IMG/VR virus record: IMGVR_UViG_3300032046_000010
Span: 1-64,000 of that record
Strand: one strand, 5' to 3'
From: a virus
Length of the DNA: 64,000 nucleotides
A program made the position numbers and the translations under genes. Each line of letters starts with the position of its first letter. Positions within the stretch are counted from its first letter, which is position 1. Positions 53,653 through 63,741 of the stretch are shown here, in pieces. A model generated the notes under the pieces. That model ran no database searches. It was given only the letters and a program-made list of their open reading frames with translations, and was not told the origin of the DNA.

Positions 53653-54825
53653 TCACAGGACCCAGTTGTAGCTCTCTGTGGTCCCGCTCGGCTCGATGAT
53701 CGCCCAACGGAGCGGTTCACGGAACAGCTCCACGTTATCCACTTCCACGTCGTTGACCAGGGCCACATGAGCCATCTTGCCGTAGGCTGGCACAGGCCCA
53801 ACGCCTCCCGCCGCGATGACCTGCGTGCTGTCGATGAACACCAAGGCCCCCAACCCTGCGAGCGCCCTGATGCGCAGCTTGTACCAGGCGTCCACAGCGA
53901 TGGGGAATGAGGCGGATACCAACATGACGTTCAACCCGCCGACCACCCGCCAAAGCTCCACGTTGTTGAGAACGCCGGGGTACACGTTCACGTAGAAGTA
54001 GTCATTGATTGACTGCGTGAAGAACCAGAACTGGTGCCCAACGCCTGGTCCCGCCGGTCCAGTGATCTTGAACTTGTGCATCGTGATGATGTTGGTGAAC
54101 GCCGTGGCTCCCTGGATGGGGATGGACGGGACCTCGATTGACCCGGCCGGGATTCTGAACGTCAGAGCCGTCGTGATCGTCGCCGGAGCGCCGGACAGCG
54201 TGGTCCACTTGCCTCGCCCCTCGTTGAACTGGTCCATGAAGTCCACCAGCGAGACTTCAAACCGCTCCGACAGCGGGCGCATGATCTCCAGGACTCGCAG
54301 CAGCAGTTCTTCATCCAGGTTGCCATCGTCCATCACACGAATCTGTGAGGTGTACTCATCAAACCGGGTGATGGCATCCCCGATGATCCAGAAGTCGAAG
54401 CCGATCTGCTCTTCGCCCAGGATGGTCTCACCGACGATGACACGAAAGTCGAACCAGTTGCGGATGTAGGGTGTCTTGCCCGTCAACAGCCGGATGGCGA
54501 CCTCCGCCCCCAGCTCAGTGTACAACCGCTTCCAGAGCGCCGCTGCCGCTAGGATGAGCTTGCGTTTGGTGGAGGGTGACAACCTGTCGAGGATGGCGCT
54601 GTAGCGGCTGGTGAAGCCGACGATGGCGGCCAGGTAGTCCAGCAGGTCATCCGGGCACAGTTCCGGGTTGATGAGATTGGGGAGTGCCTGGATGCGCGCT
54701 TCAACCCAATCGCGCCAGTACTGTGGCCGCTCCAAGTATCGCTTCAGGAACAGACCGCCCGCATCCCGGTCCTGATCACGGATGGGCCGGATGAGCCCTT
54801 TGTACAGGTCGAAGGTCGTCATCAT
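53653..54825 (-). CDS. baseplate wedge protein (P2 gpI-like) with C-terminal beta-sandwich
   Basis: INPELCPDDLLDYLAAIVG...LWKRLYT..G. Confidence 0.8.
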   Translation of the reverse strand: MMTTFDLYKGLIRPIRDQDRDAGGLFLKRYLERPQYWRDWVEARIQALPNLINPELCPDDLLDYLAAIVGFTSRYSAILDRLSPSTKRKLILAAAALWKRLYTELGAEVAIRLLTGKTPYIRNWFDFRVIVGETILGEEQIGFDFWIIGDAITRFDEYTSQIRVMDDGNLDEELLLRVLEIMRPLSERFEVSLVDFMDQFNEGRGKWTTLSGAPATITTALTFRIPAGSIEVPSIPIQGATAFTNIITMHKFKITGPAGPGVGHQFWFFTQSINDYFYVNVYPGVLNNVELWRVVGGLNVMLVSASFPIAVDAWYKLRIRALAGLGALVFIDSTQVIAAGGVGPVPAYGKMAHVALVNDVEVDNVELFREPLRWAIIEPSGTTESYNWVL

Positions 54826-54831
54826 CCGCTC

Positions 54832-57012
54832 CTACGGCACCAGCGTGATCGTGACGGTCCCGATGATGGGCAACTCCTGAGCCGTCAGGATGGTGTCTGT
54901 CGCAGGAGTCACCACGATCACGTTGCGCGGCCGGGGGTCCGATTCCATGATGGCCGTCACGATCTTGGAAACCGGGATCAGCTCACCGAACTCCCACTCC
55001 CATTCCGTGCTTTCTGTCCCGTCGCTGTTCTTCAGCTTCGCTTCTGGATTGAGCAGGGCTGTCACAGCCGCAACTGCTGACGTGAGGTTCCCGCCATAGA
55101 CTGTGGCCACGACGTTGATGACCCTGGGTGTGTAGTTGACGGCCACGACCTGCTGGTTCATCACGATGATGCCCCTGATCTTGCGGGCTGTGTCACCGTT
55201 GAAGTAGGTTTCCAGGTCGTCCAGCTCATCCGAAGTCGCCAACAGCCCGCCGTTCTTGACCAGCACCACCTCGACCGTCTTGGGGCCAAACCCTCCCTCA
55301 ATTGCCAAGGCTCTGCTGAACAGGTCGGAGCCATCCGTGGTCTTGTACGACTCCACCAGATCTACCACATCCGGCACTGATGTCGCCTTCCCGAAGTTGC
55401 GTAGTGAAGCTGGACCCAGGATCTTGGCCCGCTCCAATCCTTGCGGCGTGCTACCTTCCTTCGGCGCGTAGCCCTCTGCGACACGTGGGTTGCTGACGTC
55501 TGCGATGTAGGCCACGCCGCTCCGGTTCACGACGATGGTGTTGGAACCGACGTTGCCATCCTGGTCCTCCATCGTGCGGTAGGTCGCCCTGATGTTGTCG
55601 ATGCCTGCCGCCGGGACCTTCCCGTTCACACCGTCACCGAACGCGATAGTGGCTCGCCCGTCGCTGTCGAACGTGACCCTGTAGTGCTTGTCGCTGCCGT
55701 TGGAGGTGAGGAACGTCGCAACACGGGTCCAGACTTCCTCAATCGCCCCTTCGGTCACGTAGACCATGATGCCGCTGTCCAGGACCGGGAACCGCGCCAG
55801 CGTGCACTCCTGGTCCGGCAACCCGGTGGATGAGGCCAGCGGAGCATCCTCCCGGCTCCGACCTTGGACTACATCCGTGAAGGCATATTGTTTGCCGTAC
55901 TGGATGAGGATCTTGGTCAACGTAGGAGCCACGGGCGCGAACACACTGATGATGCGGAACCTGATCCAGTACGCAGTGATGCCGTTGATCTCGGTCTTGG
56001 TCCACCACTTCGTTGCGCTCTTGGGGACCGTGTAGTCCACGTCCCTCAAACCTGGAGCGGCCGTGAAGCTGACGCTCGCGTCAACAGAGTCGTCCATCTC
56101 ATCCCAATCGCGTCCCACGGTGTAGTCACGCAAGTCCAGCGACGGGACGGTCTGTCCAAGGAATCCGACCGTGTCCACGCGGTTCACGCCGCCGACGTAG
56201 GCGCTGGCGATGTCCTGGTACGCTCCAGTCTGGTTACACCTGACGCGGATGGTGGTCCCGGTACGGCTGGCCGTTCCCATCAGTCCGTTCAGTTCCAGCC
56301 GGAGGCCCGTGCCGATGTTGGTCACGTTGTCAGGCTTGCCATCGTCCCAATCGCCGTCATAGAACTCCCAGACACCGACAATGCCGGTGGCGGAGCCGAT
56401 GATGGTGTTGCGCACCTTGTTCCACCCGATGGAAGTGTGCCCGAAGTACAAGATGTCACCAGGTGTGGCTCCGGCTCCCCAAGTCGGAGACCACGGCCCG
56501 GCTCCGTTGGCGTTGGCTGTTTCGTCCGTGTAGGCGAGCAGCACACCATCGTAGGCGAAACAAGCGACCAACTGATCCGTCCGCAAGGTTGAGAACAGTT
56601 CTGACACCTCATACTCGATGGGTGGCTCCGTCGCCGTCGCCCGCGTGGCGAACACAGCGCCCTTCGGGATGAGGTTGACAGTCGATGTGAAGGCCTGCGA
56701 TAGCCTGTGGACCAACACAGCATCGGCCGGACTGGTCTGCGCCAGCTGATAGTCGATCAGCGCCAAGAGCGCCACCACGCTGTCACGGAGCCGTGCCGTG
56801 GGCAGGAACATCTCGTTGGCCGTGATGTCGAGCAGCACGTTGTTGAGGTGGGTGCTGGCGCAAATCACGGACGCCAGTTGCATGAACGGTTCCTCTGGCG
56901 ACTCGTCCAGCGACAGCCCCTGGTCCCTGAAGTACTGGATCACGTCTTCAAGAAGCTCTCCATAGTAGAACCCTGACCATTCAAAGGTCGGAACGCTCAC
57001 TGTGGCCGTCAT
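54832..57012 (-). CDS. baseplate J-like wedge protein
   Basis: NEMFLPTARLRDSV; IAFGDGVNGKVP; ATYR..GNV. Confidence 0.85.
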   Translation of the reverse strand: MTATVSVPTFEWSGFYYGELLEDVIQYFRDQGLSLDESPEEPFMQLASVICASTHLNNVLLDITANEMFLPTARLRDSVVALLALIDYQLAQTSPADAVLVHRLSQAFTSTVNLIPKGAVFATRATATEPPIEYEVSELFSTLRTDQLVACFAYDGVLLAYTDETANANGAGPWSPTWGAGATPGDILYFGHTSIGWNKVRNTIIGSATGIVGVWEFYDGDWDDGKPDNVTNIGTGLRLELNGLMGTASRTGTTIRVRCNQTGAYQDIASAYVGGVNRVDTVGFLGQTVPSLDLRDYTVGRDWDEMDDSVDASVSFTAAPGLRDVDYTVPKSATKWWTKTEINGITAYWIRFRIISVFAPVAPTLTKILIQYGKQYAFTDVVQGRSREDAPLASSTGLPDQECTLARFPVLDSGIMVYVTEGAIEEVWTRVATFLTSNGSDKHYRVTFDSDGRATIAFGDGVNGKVPAAGIDNIRATYRTMEDQDGNVGSNTIVVNRSGVAYIADVSNPRVAEGYAPKEGSTPQGLERAKILGPASLRNFGKATSVPDVVDLVESYKTTDGSDLFSRALAIEGGFGPKTVEVVLVKNGGLLATSDELDDLETYFNGDTARKIRGIIVMNQQVVAVNYTPRVINVVATVYGGNLTSAVAAVTALLNPEAKLKNSDGTESTEWEWEFGELIPVSKIVTAIMESDPRPRNVIVVTPATDTILTAQELPIIGTVTITLVP

Positions 57013-57013
57013 C

Positions 57014-57412
57014 TCAGCCCTCCAGAACCCGGGCGGTGCCGAACCGCCCCACCCCAAGCCGCAGGTCCTTGGGTGTCCGTGTCTTGAGGTCGATGTACTG
57101 GATCTCGATCATCGCCTCACCGCTGTCGTTGCGTCCCAGGTTGGTGACGATGCGCTTCAGCTTCGCCCGCCCCTCCCGTTGGAACCTGGCAAAGCGCCGC
57201 TCGATGTACTCATGGATACGCCCGCGCACGGCTCCGTCGTTGATGTCGAACACGTTGTCTTCACTGATGCCGACGTTCGTGAACGGGTTGTCGCACTCGC
57301 AATCGCTCAAGGACAGCGCGATGATCTTGGCCAGCTGCTCGCTCTCATCCTCAATCATCCGTGCCTTCCCGCCGGGACCAGGCAACACGGGAATCTGTAG
57401 ACCTCGCAGCAT
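57014..57412 (-). CDS. baseplate wedge/sheath initiator (gp25-like)
   Basis: Size and position between the spike and J-like genes. Confidence 0.7.
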   Translation of the reverse strand: MLRGLQIPVLPGPGGKARMIEDESEQLAKIIALSLSDCECDNPFTNVGISEDNVFDINDGAVRGRIHEYIERRFARFQREGRAKLKRIVTNLGRNDSGEAMIEIQYIDLKTRTPKDLRLGVGRFGTARVLEG

Positions 57413-57568
57413 CGCCTCACTCCTTGAAAGAGGATACCGCGCCCGGGTCGCCGGACGGAACCCACACCAACTTCCTGCGTGCTTCCTGGGCCCCTTCCCT
57501 TGCTACATAGGGCGACCCAGGTGTTGACCTGAGAGGCTGCAGCGCAATGGAATAGCCTGGCATCAAGG

Positions 57569-58291
57569 TCACTCCACCAGGTGTTTCGTGGAAAGGACTG
57601 AAGTTGGCGGTGGCGTAAGTGGCGGCGGTGATGGCGGGCTTGGCGGACCAGGAGCCGCTGTCGGGTGAACATGCCCGCTGAAAATGGGGATCAGAGTGCT
57701 GGTGATCCAGTTGACCAGGGTCTCACCCTTGACCAGGTGCTCCGTCGCTCCGGCTCCGACCTTGATGCCTGCCGCCTCCATCTCGATGCCGCTGGCCTTC
57801 CACTCGATGTAGTGCCCATCCTTGGAGAGCACCTTCACACCATTGGTGCTGAGCAACAAGCTGTTGCCGCTCTTGTCCTGTAGCAGCGCCTGTTCCTGCC
57901 CCTCCGTGTCATCAAACAGCAGGATGTTGCCGGCCGGGGTACGGATGCCGCGCCGCTTCGGGTAGTTGGTCTTGAAGTCATCCGGCAGCTGCTGTGCTTC
58001 GTTGTACAGCGCGGCCCGGTAGCGTGCGTTGGGTGCTACCAGTGACGACTCGCCAGGCATCTCATCAGACTTCATGCTGTCGGTCACTTCCAGCTCAACC
58101 TGGTCGCCCTCGTCAGGTGGAAAGAACCAGCCAGCCAACTTGCTCGACACGTAGGGGAAGCACGGTTCAATCCAGTAGGGCAACTCACGGTCGGTGCGGA
58201 CCAGCCCGGGGCATCGAGCCTTGATGCGCCCTCGCTGCTCCGGGTCCTCCACGTTGGTCACAACCCCAATCTGGATCGTCACGTTCCTCAT
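57569..58291 (-). CDS. baseplate spike (gpV/Gp5 OB-fold)
   Basis: GVVTNVEDPEQRGRIK; FFPPDEGDQV; C-terminal HVH metal-binding tip. Confidence 0.9.
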   Translation of the reverse strand: MRNVTIQIGVVTNVEDPEQRGRIKARCPGLVRTDRELPYWIEPCFPYVSSKLAGWFFPPDEGDQVELEVTDSMKSDEMPGESSLVAPNARYRAALYNEAQQLPDDFKTNYPKRRGIRTPAGNILLFDDTEGQEQALLQDKSGNSLLLSTNGVKVLSKDGHYIEWKASGIEMEAAGIKVGAGATEHLVKGETLVNWITSTLIPIFSGHVHPTAAPGPPSPPSPPPLTPPPTSVLSTKHLVE

Positions 58292-59751
58292 GACTCCAGC
58301 ACCTTGTTCGCCTTGAACTCCGTCTTGAAGCCCTGGTCTGGAACAAACTTGTGACGGACCATCGTCAGTTCCCAGTTGCCGTCAAGCCGCGCTCCCAGCC
58401 CCACCAGACGATGAACTTGACGTGCCTTCAGGGTCTCAATCCCGATCAACTCGCCGGTCCCGGTCACGAAGCTGTTGCGCCGCGCTCTCATCCACCTGCG
58501 CGCAAAGTCCAGCGCGTCTGCTGCGCTCGTGAACGGCCTGTCCGATACCACATCGATGGCGTGCCCAGCCGCAGCGATTCGCAGCGAGGTGGCTGATGTG
58601 ATCTCTTCTTCAACGTGTTGTGTCTCGGTCCCGGCTCGCATCCGGCCGTCCGGCCGTCGTGTTGCCGTGTGGCGGGAGGCCCGGCCCGCGCCGCTCTGGT
58701 AACGGGGGTTTGAGCCTGCTTCGGTCGCGCCTTCCTCCGTGATGTACTGCCAGTCGCCGGTCACCCGGTCCCAGTACATCACCTTGACCTCTGCCACGCC
58801 GTCGTCCAGGCTGTATTCCGGGTCAAAGCTCAGTAGCGTTGATTGACTCCCGGCCCGGTATCGGAAAGTGTAGATGGGGTCCTGGTTCTCAGGGAACGAC
58901 CGCCAGTGTAGCACCCACACCTTCCGGCCGCTGTAGTCATAGTCCACCCAGAAGTCACGGCTGTTGACGTTGGCCAGTCCCTGGACCAGTGCATAGTCGC
59001 TCATGTCGCGCTTCTGAACCACATCGTCAACCCGGTCGGTGTCGTCCACTTCAGCCAGGAACCCGTATTTGTCCGCGATGTTCCTGATGACCTCGCTGTG
59101 AGTCATCTGCGGGAACACCGCGCCCTCTTCATCGTCCTGCGCGCCCCTCCGCTCCGTCCGGCCGTTGCCCACCACCTTGATCTCGCTCCGCTCCCCCATC
59201 ATCAGCTTGGAGGCATCGAAGCCGGTGATCTCCAACCCAGACATCCCCTCCTGCGGGAACCTGGGCGCATGACGCCACAGCTTAGCACGTCCCAGATGAA
59301 CAGACCGACTGTATGGGCCGTAGCCTCCCAGGATGTCTACCTCGTTGCCGGGCAGGAACACCTTGTGGGATGTGAAGTCGGGCATCATCTGGTTCTCAGG
59401 GTCTGAAGCCTCGCCCAGCACATCGAACTGGTGAGACGGATTCAGGATGTGAATCTTGAGCTTGTCGCACATCCCGACAGCCGTCTCATACTCAACCAGT
59501 TGGATGAACCTGGTGATGTCCTGCCAGATCCACTCGCCCTCGACCTCGACCGCATAGAACGGTCCCAGGTCATCCCCGAACATCCGGCCTCCCGGCCCGC
59601 TGAACGACATCGCCGCAGCTGGATCAGGGGTCACGAACGGGTTGTTGGGCGACAACGCAATCGTGCGCGGGGTACGGAACCCGGGAACCCGCCCGCGTGG
59701 CGGTCCATAGAATGGGTTGACGCTGGACAGGGTCGGCGGCATCAGCTCCAT
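58288..59751 (-). CDS. baseplate hub (phage late control D-like)
   Basis: SEVIRNIADKYG..Q..MSDYALV..LA; LDGNW....VRH.F. Confidence 0.85.
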   Translation of the reverse strand: MELMPPTLSSVNPFYGPPRGRVPGFRTPRTIALSPNNPFVTPDPAAAMSFSGPGGRMFGDDLGPFYAVEVEGEWIWQDITRFIQLVEYETAVGMCDKLKIHILNPSHQFDVLGEASDPENQMMPDFTSHKVFLPGNEVDILGGYGPYSRSVHLGRAKLWRHAPRFPQEGMSGLEITGFDASKLMMGERSEIKVVGNGRTERRGAQDDEEGAVFPQMTHSEVIRNIADKYGFLAEVDDTDRVDDVVQKRDMSDYALVQGLANVNSRDFWVDYDYSGRKVWVLHWRSFPENQDPIYTFRYRAGSQSTLLSFDPEYSLDDGVAEVKVMYWDRVTGDWQYITEEGATEAGSNPRYQSGAGRASRHTATRRPDGRMRAGTETQHVEEEITSATSLRIAAAGHAIDVVSDRPFTSAADALDFARRWMRARRNSFVTGTGELIGIETLKARQVHRLVGLGARLDGNWELTMVRHKFVPDQGFKTEFKANKVLES

Positions 59752-60503
59752 CTCCTGATGCTGTGGCTGATGTAGTCTCGGTTCAGCCGGTTGAAGGCTT
59801 GCTGCCGGAGTGTGACGAACGCCTCTGTGCGGACCAGCGGGATGGAGTACGGTTCCACCCTGTCATAGCGGAGGTCACGAGGGTCGGGGCAGATGACCAG
59901 TTCGCCTTCGGTCAGGATGGCCTGGTAGGGATGCCGCCTCCGCAACAGGTCGCCCAAGTGCGGGTTCAGGTAGATGGAGCTGGACACGTGTTCGTAGGTT
60001 TCGCCGCTCGCCGCTCTGTAGTAGCGCGTCCCAACCGGAGGCGCATTGGGGTCCGACAACTCGATGTCAAATGACGTGTAGCGGCGCATGGTGATGGACA
60101 GGACCGCTCCGCGCAGCGAGCCATCATTGCGCAAACTGTCGTACTTGATGCCGCCGATGCCCTCGACCACCACGCGCTCGTTGACGACCGTTCCCCAGAC
60201 AAACCGGAAGATGTGCGGCCGTCCCAGGTCTGCGTCCGGCTTGATCAGGTCCTTGAGTTGCTTCAGCCGGTCATCGATGTTGTCCTGGCTGTGCTTGGCG
60301 AACAGCCGGACCTCGATGCGCACCTGCCGACTCTGTCCGTGGGTCCACTGCGTGATCGGGTCCTCACGGCTCAGCGCGAACACTTCACTGAACGATGTGG
60401 AGACTTCCTCACCCACGCTGATGGCGGGGTACTCACCCTCAAACTCATCGCCACCGTCCAGGTCGATGAGCTTCCAATGCTGCTGGTTTCCCGGCTTGCT
60501 CAT
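59742..60503 (-). CDS. tail tube initiator with LysM-like domain
   Basis: PHIFRFVWG; GETYEHVS...Y.NPHL. Confidence 0.75.
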   Translation of the reverse strand: MSKPGNQQHWKLIDLDGGDEFEGEYPAISVGEEVSTSFSEVFALSREDPITQWTHGQSRQVRIEVRLFAKHSQDNIDDRLKQLKDLIKPDADLGRPHIFRFVWGTVVNERVVVEGIGGIKYDSLRNDGSLRGAVLSITMRRYTSFDIELSDPNAPPVGTRYYRAASGETYEHVSSSIYLNPHLGDLLRRRHPYQAILTEGELVICPDPRDLRYDRVEPYSIPLVRTEAFVTLRQQAFNRLNRDYISHSIRRWS

Positions 60504-60512
60504 CTCGCGCTC

Positions 60513-63500
60513 CTACGCCGGTGCCGGCAGGTCGGTTGCCCGAACCACCGCCGCTCTGCGTTGCCACGGTGTCGTCTCAAACCCGGCCCGCTCCCGCGTC
60601 TCACGGGTATGCCTGGAGCTAGCAGAGGACACGCAGCGTCCGTCAATGTTGGTCTGCGCCGTGATGTCGAAGTTGGCGTCAACCGTTGGTGCTCCGCCCG
60701 GGGTATCCTCCGGCCTTGGCGGAGTAGTCTGCGCCGCCCGCTCTGCCCCGATGGCTCCTGCTGCTGCTGGGAGCCGCGATGGGATCACCATCATCGTCGC
60801 CGGTCCTGCCGCCTCGACATATGACTTGGGAGCGGCTGCCTTGTCTAGCGCAGCTTGCCCCTCTTTGATCCTTCTGACTTGATCAATGATTCCTTGGGCT
60901 TGTGAAATGCCTCCCAGAATCCCGCTAACCTTGTCCCAGACCCATTGCAGTCCCTGTACGATTCCGGTGATGACCGCTCCGACTGCTTTGAACGCAAGCG
61001 TCAGTGCCCCGCCGACCGTGTCCACCAACGGCTTGATGATGTTGTTGTAGACCCAGCCCAGCACATCGAAGATGCCCATCACCACGACCTTGATGGCCTC
61101 AAACGCAGGCTTGAGATTCTCCCACAACCACTTGCCGATGGCAGAGATGACGCTGAAGATGGGCTGGAGAATGGACCAGATTGCTTGGAGCACCCCGTAC
61201 ACGAATCCCATCAGGACTCGACCGATCTCCCAGACGGCCGCAAGGATGGGTCGCAACACTGTCATGATGGTGTTGAAGGCGAATGAGAGGACATCGGCCA
61301 ACCAACTGAACTCGTTGATCAGCCATGCCACCTTCTCACCAACCCAACCAACGATGGTTCCCACGAACGCAAACACTTCACCAAGGAAGCTGAAGGCGTC
61401 CGACAGGATGCCCATCAGGGATGCCAACCCTTCCCTGATTCCGTTTACGAACCTCATCGTGAAGCCCCAAACAGCGTTCAGGATGGCGAACACACCGCTG
61501 AAGATGCTGGCGAGTCCGTTGGCCAGCCCGTAGATAGCCGCCCGAATCGAAGCGCTGAGGATGTTCCACTGCTCGGCTAGACCGACCGTTAGCATGTTGA
61601 GAACGCTGCCAAGGTTCTGGACCACGGTCATGATGAAGCCGAACGTCTGCTGGATGGCCGGGATGAGCGCTTGCGTGAACAGGAAGGTCACGCCGTCTGC
61701 GATGTCGAGCAGGATGCCACTCACCAGACTTGCGAAGCTACGCCACCAAGCCAGGATAGACTCGCCGCTGGTGGTGAAGACAGACACGATGTTGCTCCAC
61801 ACCGCCGACAGCATGTCCGCAAAGCTGATCACGGCAGGCATCAGGACCTCGCCCAGCTGCCGACCGAACTCAATGACCGGCTTCAGGATGGCTTCAAAGA
61901 CAGCCAACGCCCTCCGGCCAAACTCCACGGTCATGTCCTTCATCCGCAGCAGGGTGTCGGTGACTGAGTCCCCATCTTCCCTGGCGGCGAGGAAGAACAC
62001 ACCAAGCGCCGCTCCTACGATTGCGAGGACAGGCAGGAGTGCGGTCATAGCCATCAGCAAGCCTCCCGCTCCGCTGATGATATTGACCAGACCGCCTGCG
62101 ATCATCCCCACCCACTTCAAACCCATCATCAAAGGCATCAACGCCGCTGCGGCCATCGTGATGACTGTGACCCACTTCATGATCTGCGCCGTATCGGTTT
62201 CCCCAAACACGCCGCCGATCTTATCAGCCATCTCGCTGAATGCCGACTTCACGGACGCCCAAGCGGAGCGGAGCGTGTTGAACCCGTACAACACGCCCAA
62301 AGCCATCTGAACGGTCGTGCGTCCAAACTCTTGCTCAAGCGCTGTGACGTCGATGATGCCGGATGAGGTATCCTTGAGCCTGTTCAGCGTGTACAGGAAC
62401 TTGTTCAGCGCCCCTACAGCATTCAGGACGGCCCCAGCCATCGGCTTGAGGAAGCTGACGAACATCGTGATGCCCAATCCCTGGAAGCTGGACCTGAGCA
62501 GTTTGATGGCACCTTCCAAGTTGTCCAAGCGCCTCGCCGCCATTGCTGAAGCCGCACCGACCTTTCGGCCGTACTGGTCTGTCATGTCTCCCGCGTCTTG
62601 TAGCTCCGTCGTCAGCGCCCTCAGCGCGTCCGTTCCCTGCGCTTCCAATGCTCTGAAAGCGCGTGTGCCCGTATCCCTGAACAGCGTGAACAACAGCTGG
62701 TCACGCTTGATTGGATCTTCGATGTTGGTTAGCGCCGCTGATACGTTGTCCACGATGTCAGCAATGGGTCTGAGGCTCCCGTCCGCGTTGCGGAACGATA
62801 GGCCAAGCTGTGTCGCAGCCTTGGCGGCACGGGGCGTCATGGTCAACAGCCCCTTCAGCATCGCCTCCATCGCCGTTCCCGATTGACTCGACTGAAGGCC
62901 AGCGTTTGACATCATGCCCATCGCTGCGGTAGCTTCCTCAAACGACACACCGGATGAGGCTGCCATCATTGCGACGTATTTGAATCCCTCGCCCAGCCCT
63001 GAGATGGAAGTGTTCGTGCGAGCCGAAGCCAAGGCCAGCACGTCAGCGACTCGCTGAGAATCTGACATCTCCAAGCTCATGCCGCGCAACACGGTAGTGA
63101 TGATGCTGGCGGCTTGCTCAAGCCCCATCCCTTCGGCCGCTGCCGCTCCCAACACGCCGCCGATGGCGTCGATGGATGCCTGCGTGTCGAAACCAGCGCG
63201 TGCAAGAATCTCCAAACCTTGCGCAGCTTCCGTCGCTGTGAAGACAGTTGAGATCCCCAGTTCCATCGCCGTGTCGGCTAGCCGCTTCATGTCGGATTCC
63301 GATGCTTGCGACACCGCCGATACAGCGCCCATCTGTGCTTCAAACTTGTACGCCGAACGGGCCAAGTATCCTAGCCCGATTCCGACCGGCAGAAGCGCCA
63401 TCCCCAGGCTGGAGAAACCAGAAGACATCGTTGCGATGGAAGCCTTGGCCCGCATCGCGCTGGCCTGAAGTCCCTTGAACCCCAGATTCGCCTTGTTCAT

Positions 63501-63566
63501 CCCCGACAGCGCTTGTGTGCTGTCGAAGGTTAGGACTCCGCCCAGTCCGATGGTCTCATACGCCAT
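60513..63566 (-). CDS. tail tape measure protein
   Basis: FEAQMGAV, TVFTATEAAQGLEILARAG, RLDNLEG; W/F-periodic helical repeats. Confidence 0.93.
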   Translation of the reverse strand: MAYETIGLGGVLTFDSTQALSGMNKANLGFKGLQASAMRAKASIATMSSGFSSLGMALLPVGIGLGYLARSAYKFEAQMGAVSAVSQASESDMKRLADTAMELGISTVFTATEAAQGLEILARAGFDTQASIDAIGGVLGAAAAEGMGLEQAASIITTVLRGMSLEMSDSQRVADVLALASARTNTSISGLGEGFKYVAMMAASSGVSFEEATAAMGMMSNAGLQSSQSGTAMEAMLKGLLTMTPRAAKAATQLGLSFRNADGSLRPIADIVDNVSAALTNIEDPIKRDQLLFTLFRDTGTRAFRALEAQGTDALRALTTELQDAGDMTDQYGRKVGAASAMAARRLDNLEGAIKLLRSSFQGLGITMFVSFLKPMAGAVLNAVGALNKFLYTLNRLKDTSSGIIDVTALEQEFGRTTVQMALGVLYGFNTLRSAWASVKSAFSEMADKIGGVFGETDTAQIMKWVTVITMAAAALMPLMMGLKWVGMIAGGLVNIISGAGGLLMAMTALLPVLAIVGAALGVFFLAAREDGDSVTDTLLRMKDMTVEFGRRALAVFEAILKPVIEFGRQLGEVLMPAVISFADMLSAVWSNIVSVFTTSGESILAWWRSFASLVSGILLDIADGVTFLFTQALIPAIQQTFGFIMTVVQNLGSVLNMLTVGLAEQWNILSASIRAAIYGLANGLASIFSGVFAILNAVWGFTMRFVNGIREGLASLMGILSDAFSFLGEVFAFVGTIVGWVGEKVAWLINEFSWLADVLSFAFNTIMTVLRPILAAVWEIGRVLMGFVYGVLQAIWSILQPIFSVISAIGKWLWENLKPAFEAIKVVVMGIFDVLGWVYNNIIKPLVDTVGGALTLAFKAVGAVITGIVQGLQWVWDKVSGILGGISQAQGIIDQVRRIKEGQAALDKAAAPKSYVEAAGPATMMVIPSRLPAAAGAIGAERAAQTTPPRPEDTPGGAPTVDANFDITAQTNIDGRCVSSASSRHTRETRERAGFETTPWQRRAAVVRATDLPAPA

Positions 63567-63741
63567 GACCGCCTCGCCGCTTCGCCAAGCTGTCTTGCCG
63601 TGATCGTTCTGCGCTCTTGACCTCCCGCTTCCGCTGATCGATCAGCCTCTGGAGCAGCCCATGACGCCAGGCAGGCGTCATTGACTCGATGTCCCCCAGC
63701 GTGACGCTCGTGTTGTACGTCAGCTGGAAGACTTCATCCAT
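63556..63741 (-). CDS. tail assembly chaperone, frameshifted extension (gpT-like)
   Basis: -1 frame relative to the upstream ORF, open from the slippery site. Confidence 0.75.
   Translation of the reverse strand: MDEVFQLTYNTSVTLGDIESMTPAWRHGLLQRLIDQRKREVKSAERSRQDSLAKRRGGHGV

Noticed and set aside
57413-57568. 156-nt gap in the baseplate operon as an ncRNA or terminator
   Set aside because: Only short GC hairpins, with no U-tract or recognisable RNA family
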